DNA of 64,000 nucleotides, taken from assembly GCA_051294905.1 (NCBI GenBank), contig CM119372.1, positions 4,714,001 through 4,778,000 of the forward strand, written 5' to 3'. The notes beneath the pieces were generated by a model that saw only the letters and a list, made by a program, of their open reading frames with translations, searched no databases and was not told the origin of the DNA. This document shows positions 27,301 to 42,300 of this stretch, in pieces. The first letter of the stretch is position 1. The number at the start of each line of letters is the position of its first letter. The translations under genes and the position numbers were made by a program. This stretch comes from Botryllus schlosseri (taxonomy: Eukaryota).

Positions 27301-30300
27301 AAATTGAAGGGTTATGGGTTTGTTTACTGTCAACTATGATACATTTTGTTTTATGCACCAGGTATTCTGGCCCACTGAAAATGTCTTGATACTGGTTTGT
27401 TTACTGTTAACAATCGTACATTGTGTGTCCTGCTTTCTCTACAAGTAATTTGTGTCGATACCAATCGAGGACTTGTAATGTTCCACTACGGTTTGGTCAT
27501 GCCTCTGTCATAACATGATTTTGGGAATGACTTAAGGGGGAGATCATGAAGTTAGCTGATCCGGGAGAATGGTGATCTTGTGATTAAAAACTGGCAATCG
27601 TGGTGCATTTTAAGCGGAGATCGTAAAGTTTGAGATAATGCTAATCGTGTGATTGAAAATTGCTAATCCGGACGCATAAAGTTGCATAAGGTTAAGCGCG
27701 ATGGTTGTCCTGAACAACGTTCCCTCTAATTTTTGACGAGTCTGCGCACACTCACCAACTCACTGCGCAGACCCTTGGACAACAGTGCGTAACGACTAAA
27801 AAAAAGGTCATCACTTCGGATTTGCGCACGTGCGCAGCTTAGAGGGAACATTGGTCCCGAAGTGGTACTGTTAATCAAACGGTGTGTGCGATATCTGTGG
27901 CGCCATAATGCGAAGAGGCGTTGTTGACTGTCGTCAATTGTCAGGTTGTTGAATGAAACGGAAAGCTGTTGATGAAAGATACTGCGACTGTAATAGGTAG
28001 AATTACCGTCGCGTAGCTAACGTGTCTGAAGTTGCAGTAAAATTTAAATTATGACATAAATGACGTGTCTACTCGCAGATCTGATGACGAGAAGATGGAG
28101 AAAGAAAGGAAGAAAAAGAAGAAGCGTAAGAAGCATCACCACCACCACCATCACCGTAGCACGATGAGCCAAAGGCGGGCTTCCGGGATCCAACTGAAGG
28201 TATGTTGCGAATATTGTGTAATGGAGCATGTTTTTGCGTTACGAGAGGACTTTTTTTCTCAAATTGTACTGGCTACTTGATAAGATTGTTAGGTCACATG
28301 ATTTAAGCCTACACACCAAATTTGGTTCAATTCCAACCAGTGGAAGCGGAGTTATTGCCATCGAAAAATTTGGATTGTCAATAAAATAGTATTCACGGCG
28401 GCCAATTCTTTAATTATTTATTATAGGTGTGCCCACCATAAATACTATTTTATTCAAATCCAAATTTTTCGACGGCAATAACTCCACTTCCACTGGTTGA
28501 AATCGAGCCAAATTTGGTGAATGTCGTTTCTATAGACGACCTAACACTTTCATGGGGTGAACAGAAAATTTTGAAAAAATTTTATTAATATTTCTATGTC
28601 ATAAATAGAAACTTTCTTCTCCTGTAGCAACGCGGCTACTGGCTGGAATCGAACCAAATTTGGTGTGTAGGCTTAAATTAGGTAACCCAGCAATTTTATC
28701 AAGTAGCCAGTACAATTTGAGAAAAAAAAGTCATTTTCGAACACCCCTATTCCTCATAAATCAAAATTTCCTCGAAATATAGTCACGGCTAAAGAATGCA
28801 AGTCAAAAAAACGATATTTAACAGGAAATGGACGAGCAAATGAAGGAAGAGCGTCGCAGGAAGCATCTGTCTGACGACGGCGACATGGAATCTCAAAGTG
28901 AGATTTTTGGTGTTTTTACTGCAGAAATGATACTGATTACTTCTCTCTCTGCAGGCCACCGTTACGACGTGCACCCCGGTATCAGGAAGCATTTGCTGCA
29001 CCGCCCGGTACAGAAACGCAGGGCCAAACCCGAGACCAGCAAAGTGCCCACCGACAGGAAGCCGCACGAGGTTAGCAAATGACGTCCGTCGGGCTTGCAG
29101 AGTTACGAACGTTCTTACTATAAGACATTGTACGACTCGATAATTCTATTTGTCTAGTTACCTGGTAAAATAATTGTACTCTAATTTGTACAATGTTTGC
29201 ATTCTTTAATTTTGATTTTAATCTAATTTCTGGTTTTTCTGAAAATGCGACAGGAGAACGGTGAAATAGTAAGAAATGCTGCGCGGACATTTTCCATTCC
29301 ATCCCATTCTCATGGTGGGATTTAATTCAATTTCCCTTTTTTTTGCTAATTCGGTCATTGTAATTCTAATCCGTATTTATCAAGCTAACATATTTCTAGT
29401 TGTCCGATCTTGCGTACGTTACCCTAACCCTAAAATCAATTATAAATACACGGACCTGCAATATGTATATTAGGGGTGTTCAAAAATGATTTTTTTTCTC
29501 AAATCATACCGGCTACTTGATAAAATTGTTAGGGTACCTAATTTAAGCCTGCACACCAAATTTGGTTCAATTCCAACCTGTAGCCGCATTGCTACAGGAG
29601 AAGAAAGTTTCTATTTATTATATAAAAAATGATAAAAAAAAATTTTCAGAATTTTCTGTTCACTCCATGAAAGTATTAGGTTGTGTATAGAAACGCTGTT
29701 CACCAAATTTGATTCAATTCCAACCAGCGGAAGCGGAGTTATTGCCGTCGAAAAATTTGGATTTGAATAAAATAGTATTTACGGTGGGCACTATAATAAA
29801 TAATTGAAGAATTGGTCACCGTAAATACTATTTTATTCAAATCCAAATTTTTTCAATGGAAATAACTCTGCTTCCACTGGTTGGTATTGAACCAAATTTG
29901 GTGAACATCGCTTCTGTAGACAACCTAACACTATCATGCGGTGAACAGAAAATTTTTAAATTTTTTTTCATTATATTTTATTAACATAAATAGAAACTTT
30001 CTTCTCCTGTAGCAATGCGGCTACTGGCTGGAATTAAACCGAATTTGGCGTGTAGGCTTGAATTAGGTAACTTAACAATTTTATCAAGTAGCCAGTACAA
30101 TTTGAGGAAAAAGGTCATTTTTGAACACCCCTAATGTGTAATTTGCTTACAACTTCTTTAAACGTTGCCCCGGCGTCCAGGTGTTCGTGGAGCTGGACGA
30201 GCTGGTGTCCGGGGAGTGGAAGGAGACGGCCCGTTGGATCAAGTTTGAGGAGGACGTGGAAGAGTCTCAGAAGTGGAGCAAGCCCAGGGTGGCGTCGCTG

Positions 30301-33300
30301 TCGTTTCACAGCCTGCTCGAGCTCCGTCGTAGTATCGAGAAAGGTACGATCTTGGTTCCTGGCTCGCCAGAATCCTGAGTTTTGTTGTGTGTCAGTCTCA
30401 CTTTCACTCACTTTTCGCCGGTCTCCAGAATACTGTTATCCAGGGTTGTAACCAAGTCGCAAGGTTCCGAGTCGCGAGTCAATCTCACTTTTATAGTTTT
30501 GACTCGAGTCAAGATGAGTCGTGTTCAATTCAACACCGAGTCAAGTCCGAGTCCAAGACAGTACATAGCGGGCCGTTTACGAGTCGTCGTGTCGTGACTC
30601 GAGTCCAAGTCATTGTGTTCACTGCTCAGTTTTGAGTTTGACTCGAGTCGAGCTATTTTACGTATTTGAAAAAATGACTCTCGTCAAGTCGATAATCGCG
30701 AAAATTTTAAACCGATTTTGCAGGAGCGGTGATCTTGGACCTGGACAACGACAATCTGACCGACATCGCCAACACGGTGGTGGAACGTATGGTCGTGTCG
30801 GACCAGATTCGCGAGGAAGACCGCGGAAGCGTGCTGCGAGTCCTACTTTCTAAGCACAAGTGCGTGCCGTCTAACGGGTTTTTATGTTTAGACGAGATGA
30901 AATACCATAAAATGTTTAGCTGGGGTTCCTAACCTTTTTCACGCCGTGGCCCCCTTTGAAAAAAACAATGACCCCCCTATTTTTCGTTATTCTCATTGAA
31001 TGGCATATTCATATTGAAACGAACCCGGATATTTTCGGCTGGCAATCGTCAGCAACTAGTAGAGAATTGGAAACGACATTTTATATCCACAATTGTATCG
31101 CAAAAGATGACGTCCCAGGCGTGATATTTCCAGTGACCTATATTTTGTGATTGTTGATGTACAATGTTCTTGTCAATTCTCTACCTCAAAGGAGCCCTTC
31201 CAAGTTATATTAATTAACCGGTAGTTAGAAGGAAAATGTAATTATCATATAAGATAACACACGATGAACATGATAGGTGATTAAATAGTTATTACAGGGC
31301 AAACATTCGACTTTTTTTTACACTAAAAAACTTTTTGTCAAAATTTTGTCTTTTAAAGAACTCATGTTGTTGAGCCGCGCAATATTGCGTGGCAATTTAA
31401 AATTTCTTTTGTGACTTCTTGGTGATGAGGCTGGGAACCCCTGTTGTACAGAATATTACTCGTTGAGTATGTAATTTGGTGTACAATGGTGGCCTATTTC
31501 CGACAAAATAACACTCTGTTTATTGCTGCTGCTATAAAAAAGCCTGAATTCTATCTATTACACTGTTTTATTACCATTCTTGGCACTTGAAATCTTTATG
31601 GAAAAACTTACTCACTATTTGGACACATTGCATTCAATATCTATGCCTTTCGGTAAATGTGAAAGCGTCACGGTAGCTTGGCTGTTTTCGAAAGGCATCT
31701 TGCTGTAATATATAATTTCCCGTTGCAAAATTGCAGCTTACCACTTGAAGTGTTGGTCTCGCTGACGTTAGCTGAATGCAATGCAGTATTATGCGGATAG
31801 GTCATCGAGTTCACGTAACCTTTCTTGCTATGCGGTGATGCATAATAGCAAAACAATTCCAGCTGGTATAACATGATTTGGTCTTTTTAATCGTGGGCTG
31901 GCATGCCCGTGTGTGATCATCAGATGACTGATGTGCATATGCTTTTTATGAAATGTGTGCCTTACTCAATTGAATATTTCCACGGTGAAATGTCAAATGA
32001 ATCTCGCACCTCTGGCACATCGGTAAGTTTGGATTTATCACATGATTCCCCCGCAAAATGATGCGTTACTATGTTATAAACACGTATATAATATCTATCT
32101 AGTTCCGGTATAATTGAGTAATAAAATTTTGAACTTGATGCAATGTGAAATGAAATTTTTTCCAGGCGTCTGGCGGCCAGATCTGGGTAATTTTCAAAGG
32201 AATATGTTACGTTCATGATTTCCTTTTTTTTCGACTTGATGTTTCATAACGTTTGCTTTTACGTTTGTTAGGAGTAGTCTCGAATTTTGAGAAGTTATTG
32301 TTTGCGTTTAACCATTGCCGTGCTTGTAACAGTTGAATTTAGACGGATCTATTAAATATGTGCCGATTGGCAAATTATAGTGAAATTGTAGGTGTGGTAG
32401 TGTCAAATTCAGCCCCTCTTGTGTCTTCAAATCGGTTGATTAGTATGTGAACAGACATTTATGGTGTCAGACTATAATAGGATTCTGAAAACTGTCTGAA
32501 ATAACGATGTATAACAACCCCTCTATACAGTCTTGATAGGTGCATATGCATCGCTCGAGCTTCTTCACATTCTAAGTTTATGTGATAAATTTTCGAGTGC
32601 ATTTGTAGTATGGTGTTATTGGGATTTGCTAGCACACTGTCATTTGTCGGTTTTATGTTGTCATATTGCTTGTAAATCGTTTCAACAGCAATGAAAAAGC
32701 ATGTAAGCATACCAGTGATTACTGTTATGTTGGTCGAGACATTGTGTTCTGTTATCCGATTTTGATTACTATCGCTTGCTTGATGCCATCACATCATTAT
32801 CCGTAGAGCGCTGTTTGTTTTAACTGCTAGTTTGCATATGCGGTAGGTAGCTGTGTTTTTCACTCGCTTTTCTTGTGTTTGCGTGATATGACTGGGTCGT
32901 TTTGCGCATGTGTGCGCGTGAAATTGACCGTTGGCTCCTTGATGCGTTGAAGTATTCCGATAATGTGCCGTGGTTATGTATATGGTAATGACTTGGTATC
33001 CTAAGAATTTGACTGCGATTCACTCGGAATAGTGTATTCTTGGATTTTATATTTTGCAGTAAATCCTTGTGTTCTTTGTGTAGGCATCTCCCCGGCGAGA
33101 AAGGCCTGTCCTACACTTTATCTCAGGCCAGCTTCTCGAACCTGTTCAGTCCGAGCTCGACTAACCTGAACAAAGAGGACGACGTCGCCGTGCGGTTTAG
33201 CGTGAGCGCCGAGTCCACAGAAACCAGACTACCGCTGCTGGATGGCAATTCTTCTGACGTGGAGGTAATTCAATTTGTTCCACAATCAGCGGTAGGATAT

Positions 33301-36300
33301 GCCCTCCTTGTTTTGAACTGGGCGATATCAAGAGAGGTTTATTCATGCTCTTCTAGACCAGCGCTTCCCAACCTTTTCCAGTAGGCCGACACGACCCACA
33401 ATGACCAAACGAATTAGGTACTAGCGTAATAAAGCAAAGGGGATAGGCACTGATTTTTCAATCAGTAGATTATGCATATGTGTTGTGTATCTGCTGTAGT
33501 TCTGTGTTTTCTTTGTTAAGGCTGGCAGGAGTGTGTCCATGAGCCGAGTCGCCTCGACTGTCGCCGCTAAGGATTTGAAAATAATGAAGAAAATACCTCA
33601 GGACGCAGAGGCCAGCGCCGTGTTAGTGGGTGAGTCATGGCTTCGTTATTTTTTGGAATTCGCTCCGAGTTTCAATCATGTGATCACGCAGCGAACTGAT
33701 TTGTTTTGGCGCGTTGAGTTCATTCGGTGATCAATCTCAGGATATGCAAAATAGACTTTCACGGGCCGCTGCGTATGTGTTGCCTTGAAACGGAAGATCG
33801 AACCGAGCAATATGTAACTGGACTTACATTCATCTCAGCAGACGTTTAACGTCCAGAAATTGGGTTAAATCTGTCAGTGATACATGCTGTATGCTCAATA
33901 TTCGTGTTTGTTCAACTAAGAAATGGTCTCACCTACCCCTGGCATGTTATTATTCAATTTAATTAGCCCAAACAACTAGGTTTTCTCCCTCCGTATCCAT
34001 TACCCATATTTACGCTGCATGAGTTGTATTTAAATGCTCAATCTGCCTTCAGCCCTTCAGTCAAGGTTTGCTGTTTTCAAATTCATATTGGTAAGATATG
34101 AAGCTGAGGGTATAATTAATATATGTGCTGAGCTGAAATACAGGCATCTGTTTTATCACTTTGGTGGCTGATTTCATGCCGAGAAGATTATTCAAATTCC
34201 TTGTGATGGAGTATAGTATATTAATATATGTGCTTACAAACTTGCTCAACATACCTATCCTAATATAGTTCAATGTCGTATCAACTCCAAATTCACATTA
34301 CAATGCGTATAGAGGATTCACACTCTTGATCCTATAATATATCTTGATACTTGTGTAGGTTTTCGTGTGACTTTACTGCACCATAACCAAAAAGTTGAAA
34401 CTCGATTGTGATACAAACTGTATATGACACAAACTATCTAAGTTACGAAATAAAAGTAGACCACATTACATTATGATTCTGTCCACAATTGGAGCCTGAC
34501 CACGCTCTAATATGCCCGTTTTTAACTGACGACTCCCCTGGCCAGATGTGAACAATTGATTAATTCATGGGGTTGACGGTGAAATTTAAAATTTTTCCAA
34601 ATAATTTTTCATAATAAATTCAAAATTTTCAAACTCCTGTGCGTTCACATATACCAGTTAGGATCGAGCCAAATTTGGTGTACATCGTATTTTAGGCAAC
34701 CTAACAATTTAATCAGTGAAAACAGGTTATTTTGGAACAACACTAGTCCTCATAATTTATGCTATTCAGAATCGAATCACTAGGAGATTCGATTTTTCCC
34801 AGCCCTTGTCGCGATGAAGCACACTGTAATTTGTAAAGTAACCACTTTCGATCTGCTATTTTCAAGCATGCGGTGTTCCGACTAAATCCACGTCTTGAAA
34901 CTACTTGAGTTCTTCTCAGATCTCGATTGGCTCATTGCATTGCAGTTGCGTTGACTTCTATCTACTTTCGAGTAGAAGTTTACACCGTTACTGCAACAAC
35001 AAGACTACCTTGACCACTTATTTGCAGGATCGCTCGAGTATCTGGAGCAACCGACGTTGGCGTTTGTCCGTCTGGCTGCCGGCGTCGACTTGGACAATGT
35101 AGTCGCGCTGCCCATTCCCGTCCGGTTTATTTTCGTGTTGCTGGGTCCCACGTGCGACGATTTCGATTATCACGAAATCGGAAGGTCCATTTCCACGCTC
35201 ATGGCCGACGAGGTACGTACGGCTGATGATGGAACGAAAGATTTTGCTTGTTAAACGCTCTGCGTTACTTAACGTGTCGGCCTCTTCGTGTTTTTTGGAA
35301 ATTATGGCTTGCGTACTGGTGGTTCAAGCAAAGGAATTGGAACAGGACGTAGTGTATTTTTGTCCTTTACGTTTTCTGCAGCATATACGCCGACTCATGA
35401 TATACATACACACGATCTGTGCGTATGCATACCACGAGTGCATGATGTGCATATGCTGCTGGACAATAGGGGTCTTCAAAAATGACCTTTTTTCTCAAAT
35501 TGTACTGGCTATTTGATAAGATTGTTAAGTTACCTAATTTAAACCTACGCACCAAATTTGGTTCAATTCCAGCCAGTAGCCGCATTGCTACAGGAGAACA
35601 AAGTTTTCATTTATTATGTATCAAAATTTTCTGTTCGCCCCATGAAAGTGTTAGGCTGTCTATAAAAACGATATTCACCTAATTTGGCTCAATTCCAACC
35701 AGTGGAAGCAGAGTTATTGCAGTCAAAAAATTTGGATTATCAATAAAATAGTATTCACGGTGGCCAATTCTCTAACTATTTATTATAGGTGTGACCACCG
35801 TAAATACTATTTTATTCAAATCCAAAATATTTCGATAGCAATAATTCCGCTTCCACTGGTTGGAATTGAACCAAATTTGGTGAACATCGTTTCTATAGAC
35901 AACCTAACACTTTCACAGGGTGAACAGAAAATTTTGAAATTTTTGTTAATTTTTCGCGAATTCAGTAATTCCAATCCAATTTGGAAACAACTGTATAGAT
36001 GCAATTCTAATTCTAATGTAATTCAAAAAAGCTGAAAATTTTCTAGTTATCCAACTCCACCTTGAAGTAGTTTGGAACATTGCCACTTCTACTTGCAACT
36101 GAGTAGAAATTTACGGCATTACTTCGAATTGAGTAGCGATGCTGATTGCTGTTGTGTTGAAAAGTATGTTGGTATTGAAATCTACCTGAATGGTGACTGA
36201 CACTCGTCAGGGGTAACCGTCGGCAACTAGTAGAGATTTGGAAAGACCATTACGTACACCCTTGACGAATGTGTTTTCCAATTCTCTACTAGTTGCTGAC

Positions 36301-39300
36301 TATAACTATATAACTCAATTGTATATTGAAGTTGTGCACCTCCAAGAAGCCATTCAAACACGGACCGCTTTGACGCATCTGCTTTTTAGGAGTTCCACGT
36401 GGCCGCCTACCAGGCCGACAACAGGGGCGATCTGTTGCGCGCCATCAACGAGTTTCTGGACGACTCCATCGTGCTGCCCCCGGGACAGTTGGAGAACCCG
36501 GAGTTGCTGCGAAACATCAACCTCTACCAGGAGCATCTCGCGCAACGGAAGAAAAGGGCGCAGAAAGCCATCGAAGAGAAGAAAGAAGGTATGAGGACGA
36601 ATTCAGTGTTTCGTTTGAGATTTTTTGTGTGTTTTTCTTTGTATTCTACGGATCTTGTGCTATTTTATTGTGAACATCTTCGCCGGAAACGATCAAATTC
36701 GTCACTGTTGCTGCTCGAGTGGATGTAAATCCGTGAATATCTATTCACCTGCAAGTCAAGTCATTTTCAATGCACCATTGAGTCAAGTCCAAGTCACTGA
36801 GCATTAGGGTCAAGTCCGAGTAATAGTGTTGTGACTCGAGTCCGAGTCCAAGTCATTATGTTCACCGTTCGATCCGGTTCAGCCGCTGCTAGAGTGATAA
36901 AGAATGGCTCACATTCATAATATTGTCATTTTCCTCAGTCCCAACAGTTTCTGGTCCTATTTTCCAAGTATCAGGACTGATAGACGAAATACCGATCATG
37001 TGGTGACTTTACTATTCTTGAAATTACTGTGAAATGTCTGTCTTGGTTGTCCTAGTCTCGAGTCATATGACTTGGTTCGAGTCATGCGCAATGACTCGAG
37101 TACAAGCTGAGTCAATACAAAAATGACTCGAGTCAAGTCGAGTCACCAAAAAATCGTGACTCGAGTCGAGTCATTACAGCCCTGGTGCAAGTGGACCGAG
37201 ATGATATCAAACTGCGAAGTGTTCCATACTCTATTTTGTGCCTTCGGCTGGCCCCCCGCTTCTAATGTAGGTCTATCTTACGAAGTTGCATTATAGTGAG
37301 CAGGTTTGTTGTCTACGTAGACGGTATATACAGCTGCTTTGTTTTACCTTCAGAGCCAGAAGAGCCTCCTGAGAATCCGTTGCAAAGAACCAAAAAATGC
37401 TTCGGCGGCTTGATCCGGGACGTGAAGCGCCGGTATCCGCGGTACCTCAGCGACATCACGGACGCCTTCAACACGCAGTGCCTGGCCGCTTTTATCTTCA
37501 TATATTTCGCCGCCCTCTCGCCAGCCATCACGTTCGGTGGTCTGCTAGGTGCGTGGTTATCAACCTTTTGTCTTTTGTCTTGTTTGGTGATATCGAATGG
37601 TTCGCATTTATAAGATACTAATTTCCTCACTCTTAGCAGTTTCTGGCCGCATTTTCAAGTACCGGTACCTGTAGACGAAATCCCAGTAGTGTGGTGACTC
37701 TACTATTCTTCGAAATTACGATGAAATGTAGGTCTTGGCCGTCTGAATCTCGAGTCATATGACTTGGTTCGAGTCGTGCGCAATGGCTCGAGTCCAAGTC
37801 GAGTCAATATACAGATTGGCTCGAGTCGAGTCATTTCCGTATTTTTGGAAAATGACTCGAGTCAAGTCGAGTCATCAGGAAATCGTGACTCAAATCGAGT
37901 CATGACACGATTCATTTCAACCCTGAACTGTGTAGCTATGAATTTAATTCTAACTCCAAAATCTGATTTGGAAAAATCTGTGTAGCTATAATCCCAATTC
38001 TAATCTAATTTTTCAAAAGCTGAACATTTTCTAGTTGTCCGACTATGCCTCGGTATATTCCGCTTGCACGGCTTTGGGTGTCAACTCTGCATTTTGTGTT
38101 GCAGGAGAAAAGACTGGCGGCCTGATGGGTGTTTCGGAGATGGTTTTGAGCTGCTGCTTTTGCGGCTGTACTATGGCGTTGTTCTCCGGGCAGCCTTTAC
38201 TCATCGTGGGCGCTACGGGACCTTTGTTGGTTTTTGAGGAAGCGGTGTATGCGGTTAGTTAACTTGTCTTTTTAAGAGACGGCTCTGTTTCAAAATAATT
38301 TAGGAAATCGGTCTTTTCCAGAGACTTGATTAAGCTTTTTGCTGATCATATCACGTAATGCTCGCAAACTAGTCAAATGCTTGTGTTGAATGGTGGAAAA
38401 AGTACGGTTTCAGTTATTGTAATAGATAGGCAGTTTGTTTACATATATTTATGATATAATATTATAAGATGGGCATGGTATTCCGATTGCACTACTTTTG
38501 CATATTATGCCGCTGTGAATGATAATAATAATAGCTTGATATATGATCTGTGTGATATCAATTTTTTGAACACCATCGACAGATCATGAGCTGCCTATTA
38601 CTCATAAATGCTGCCCGCATATTCAGTAATGGCAGTTTATTTTTTAGTGTAGCACTATAGGTATGTACGGTATCTGTATTGAATAGTAATGGCTTCAAAT
38701 GTGATCTGTGCCAGCTTGAGCTATGAATACTACAGGAAATGAAACTTCTTGGATTTTTTTGACTTGTTACATAGGCAGCGATTTGCATTCCTCGTGATGC
38801 GACCATGTTAATAAATTCCATGCTGAAATTTTGGTCGCAATTTTCATATTTTGCGCCTTATTTCCAGTTCTGCCTTGCCAACGGCTTGCCATTTCTCGCG
38901 GTGCGGTTTTGGATCGGGATGTGGATCTGCATCATATCGATCGTGACCGTCGCGTTCGAAGGGTCCTTTTTGATCCGATTCGTGAGCCGGTTCACGCAGG
39001 AGATCTTCGCCGTCCTGATAGCGCTCATTTTCATCTTTGAGACTTTCAAAAAGCTTATTAAGGTGAGCGAAAACGGGCTTGGATATGCTATACCGGCGCC
39101 AATATACAAGAAGAGTGGCAGATGTACAATGCGTTGCAGTCTTACGGCGTCACATTTGCACGGAGCCGTAGTTTTTTGTCTTTTTAAATTATGTAAGAAT
39201 CAAAATTATCGCTACACAATTTATTTTGCCGAATTAGACTGGAATTATAATTATTGCTAGTTTTTTCAACGTTGGATTAGAATTGGAAGTACCAAATTCG

Positions 39301-42300
39301 TGAAATCTTTGAAATTTAATTAAGTCAGAGCTCTTCTAATGAGCATGAGTGTGGCAAATGCCTATAGCCAGAAATTAGATTAGAATAAAAATTCTAGCAT
39401 AGTGACATTTCACGAATTAGATTGCAGACATTTTGTTCTAATTACTTTAGTCGAGTGCTTTTCAACGTTTCTGAGCACCGTCCGCATTTTTTCCGCAAAA
39501 ATCTGGTTTTGCAGGTTTTCGAAGTATTTTCACACTGCAACATTTTGTTGGCGGACCCCGGACCCCAGTTTAAGAAATTATTTTGTGCGGTTAATAAACG
39601 GCCACAGATTGTGGTAGCTGACAAGAGTCTTGTGAATAAAGTGTATGTCGTTAGGTCTTCGCTACTGATCCACGGCCGTTACTACCCTGGTTTATATTGG
39701 TGACTTTCATGTCTGTAACGAGTTTTAACGTTTCACGTTACAGACGTATCAGCAGCATCCTCTCATGCTCACCTATTGCTTCGACGAGAATCTAACAGAC
39801 TACGGCAACGTAACCGCCAACCTCACCCAATCATTTGCGAACAGCACCTTGCCAGACAAAGACGGTCAGTATTGTAATGCTTTTTACTCTGGTGTTATAT
39901 TGTTCAATATAATTATATATTCATCGGAACTTGGGCAAACTACTGGAATTTCAAAATACGCAGCTAGAACTTTAACTACTCACTGATCAAAACTCACAAC
40001 GGTAACTGCTCAAAAAACCTGTAATTAGTTGACCGTTAAGCCTGATATTGATGTTGAAATAAATAGATTTCAAAAGAACTTTATATATCAACAATCGTAT
40101 CACCAAATCTGGTATTCATATTGAAATGAGCATAATTCAACGGAACTTTGTACATCAACAGTTGTATCACCAAATAAGGCATAAAAATTTGAATAATAGG
40201 ACGCGCAGATGACTTCAGCTCGATCAGCTGCATGTTATCCAATTGTATATTGAAGTTCTGTACCTCCAAGGGTCTCATAATCGTGACTATCTCATGTTTC
40301 TCCGACAGTGAACATGGACCAACCCAACACTGCGCTGCTTTCGACCATACTGATGTTCGGCACTTACATGATTGCGATGCAGTTGAGATCTTTCAAGTAA
40401 TTCGATGACTTTGGATTTGTGTTTGAGTTTGTAAAAGTATCTTTATTTTATGTCTATCAGGAATAGTAAATTTCTGCGTAGTTCCGTGAGGAGAACGATC
40501 GGAGATTTCGGAGTGCCGATCGCTATCGCAATCATGGTTCTTCTCGATTATTTAGTGAAGGAAACTTATACACAGGTTTGATTTTAAATTTTCTTTTTGC
40601 TACTCCGCGATTTGAATTGTGAGGCGACATTTTTTGTGCCATCCGAATTTTTTAATAATGCAGTCCACTATTGGTGCGAATATGTTGCTACGTGCGATGG
40701 AATATCAAAGATCGATCTATCCTGGTGAATGCTGAATTCTACTTTTAGCTCACGATTTTTTTTTCAATTGACACTTTTGACACACAAACGGAATTTATCG
40801 GCTGATATGATGAGTTGGCGTCCAATAGTAATGAAATTTTGACTGTTCACAGGAAATGTTTCTCGAATTGGTGCCGTGAATGGTGAAATGTTGTTGTGAA
40901 TGCATTTGACTCCTCATAAGAGGGCGTAAGAGTGACAGTGTTGCTAATCAGGTAGAGGTAATGCTATGAATTTCTATTCAATCATGCCATGCTCAAATAC
41001 TTGACATCCGAAAACTACTCGAAGTCCACGACAGGAATTTATGGCTACTTACCAGGGTTGTAACCAAGTCACTAGGTTTCAAGTCACAAGTCAATCTCAC
41101 TTTTATAGTCTTAACAGTTTCTGGGCCTATTTTCCAGGAATCACGACCGATAGACGAAATACCAATAATGAAGTGGTCACTTTACTGTTCTTCGAAGTTA
41201 CAATGAAATATCTGTCTTGGCCGTCCTAGTGTCGAGTCATATGACTTGGTTCGAGTCGTGCACAATGACTGGAGTACAAGCCGAGTCAATACACAGATTG
41301 ACTCGAATCGAGACATTTTACGCGTTTGAAAAAATGACTCAATCCAAGTCGAGTCACCAAAAAATCGCGACTCGAGTCATTACAACCCTGCTCAAAACTG
41401 ACGGATTTTTCATTTTTGCAGAAACTCAATATTCCTGACGGTTTTTCGCCGACCAACGCCTCCGCCCGGGGCTGGCTCATTGACCCGCTCGGCACGGAGA
41501 GCGACCCGATGCCGGTGTGGATGATATTCGCCTCGTGCCTGCCCGCTTTCCTCGTGTTCATTTTGATTTTCATGGAGTCGCACATCACCGAGTATGTTCA
41601 CGTAGATTGTTGCTGGGAAAATTTTCAGACTGTTCTTATTTGATTAGAATTAGAGTTATAGCTACTCAGTTTTTTTTTAAATTTGATCGCAGTTAAAGTT
41701 GCTGAATAGGAAAAAACACGTGTCCGACCGTCTTCTATTTTGCAGGTTAATCATCAGCAACAAAGACAGATGTCTGAAGAAAGGCACCGGCTTTCATCTC
41801 AACACTGTCGTGCTCGGGATCGTCAACGCCGTCGTTTCTGTCTTTGGCCTGCCTTGGGTCTGCGCCGCCACCATCAGATCTGTCACGCATACGAACAGGT
41901 TTCCGTCTTTTTCTTATTGTCGTGAAGTGGGTGTTGCGACTCGTGCTCCGATTACTTCAATACGGTAATTCTTAACCGTTGCCAACCTGGCTGACCCCAA
42001 ATTTCGGCTTGGTCACAAAAACTGCCGTCTACATCCCGTATGAATCTGACCGTACCGTGTAATCTGTAATAGTGGTCAAGCCTATTCAATTTCGTGTGCT
42101 CGCTGGTCTTAAATTCCAAATTCTATGTGTACAACGTCCTGAAAGTATCCCGACTAACTGCTAGAGATGGATGGGTCGTGTTTGTGGAGTTCGGAACAGA
42201 CCTGGATCTTTTTTCCGTCTCCAATGTCAGGATCGATCCAACTAATACTACTAGAACTGATACCACTGCTGATGCGTCTAGAAACACCTACAGCTTAACA

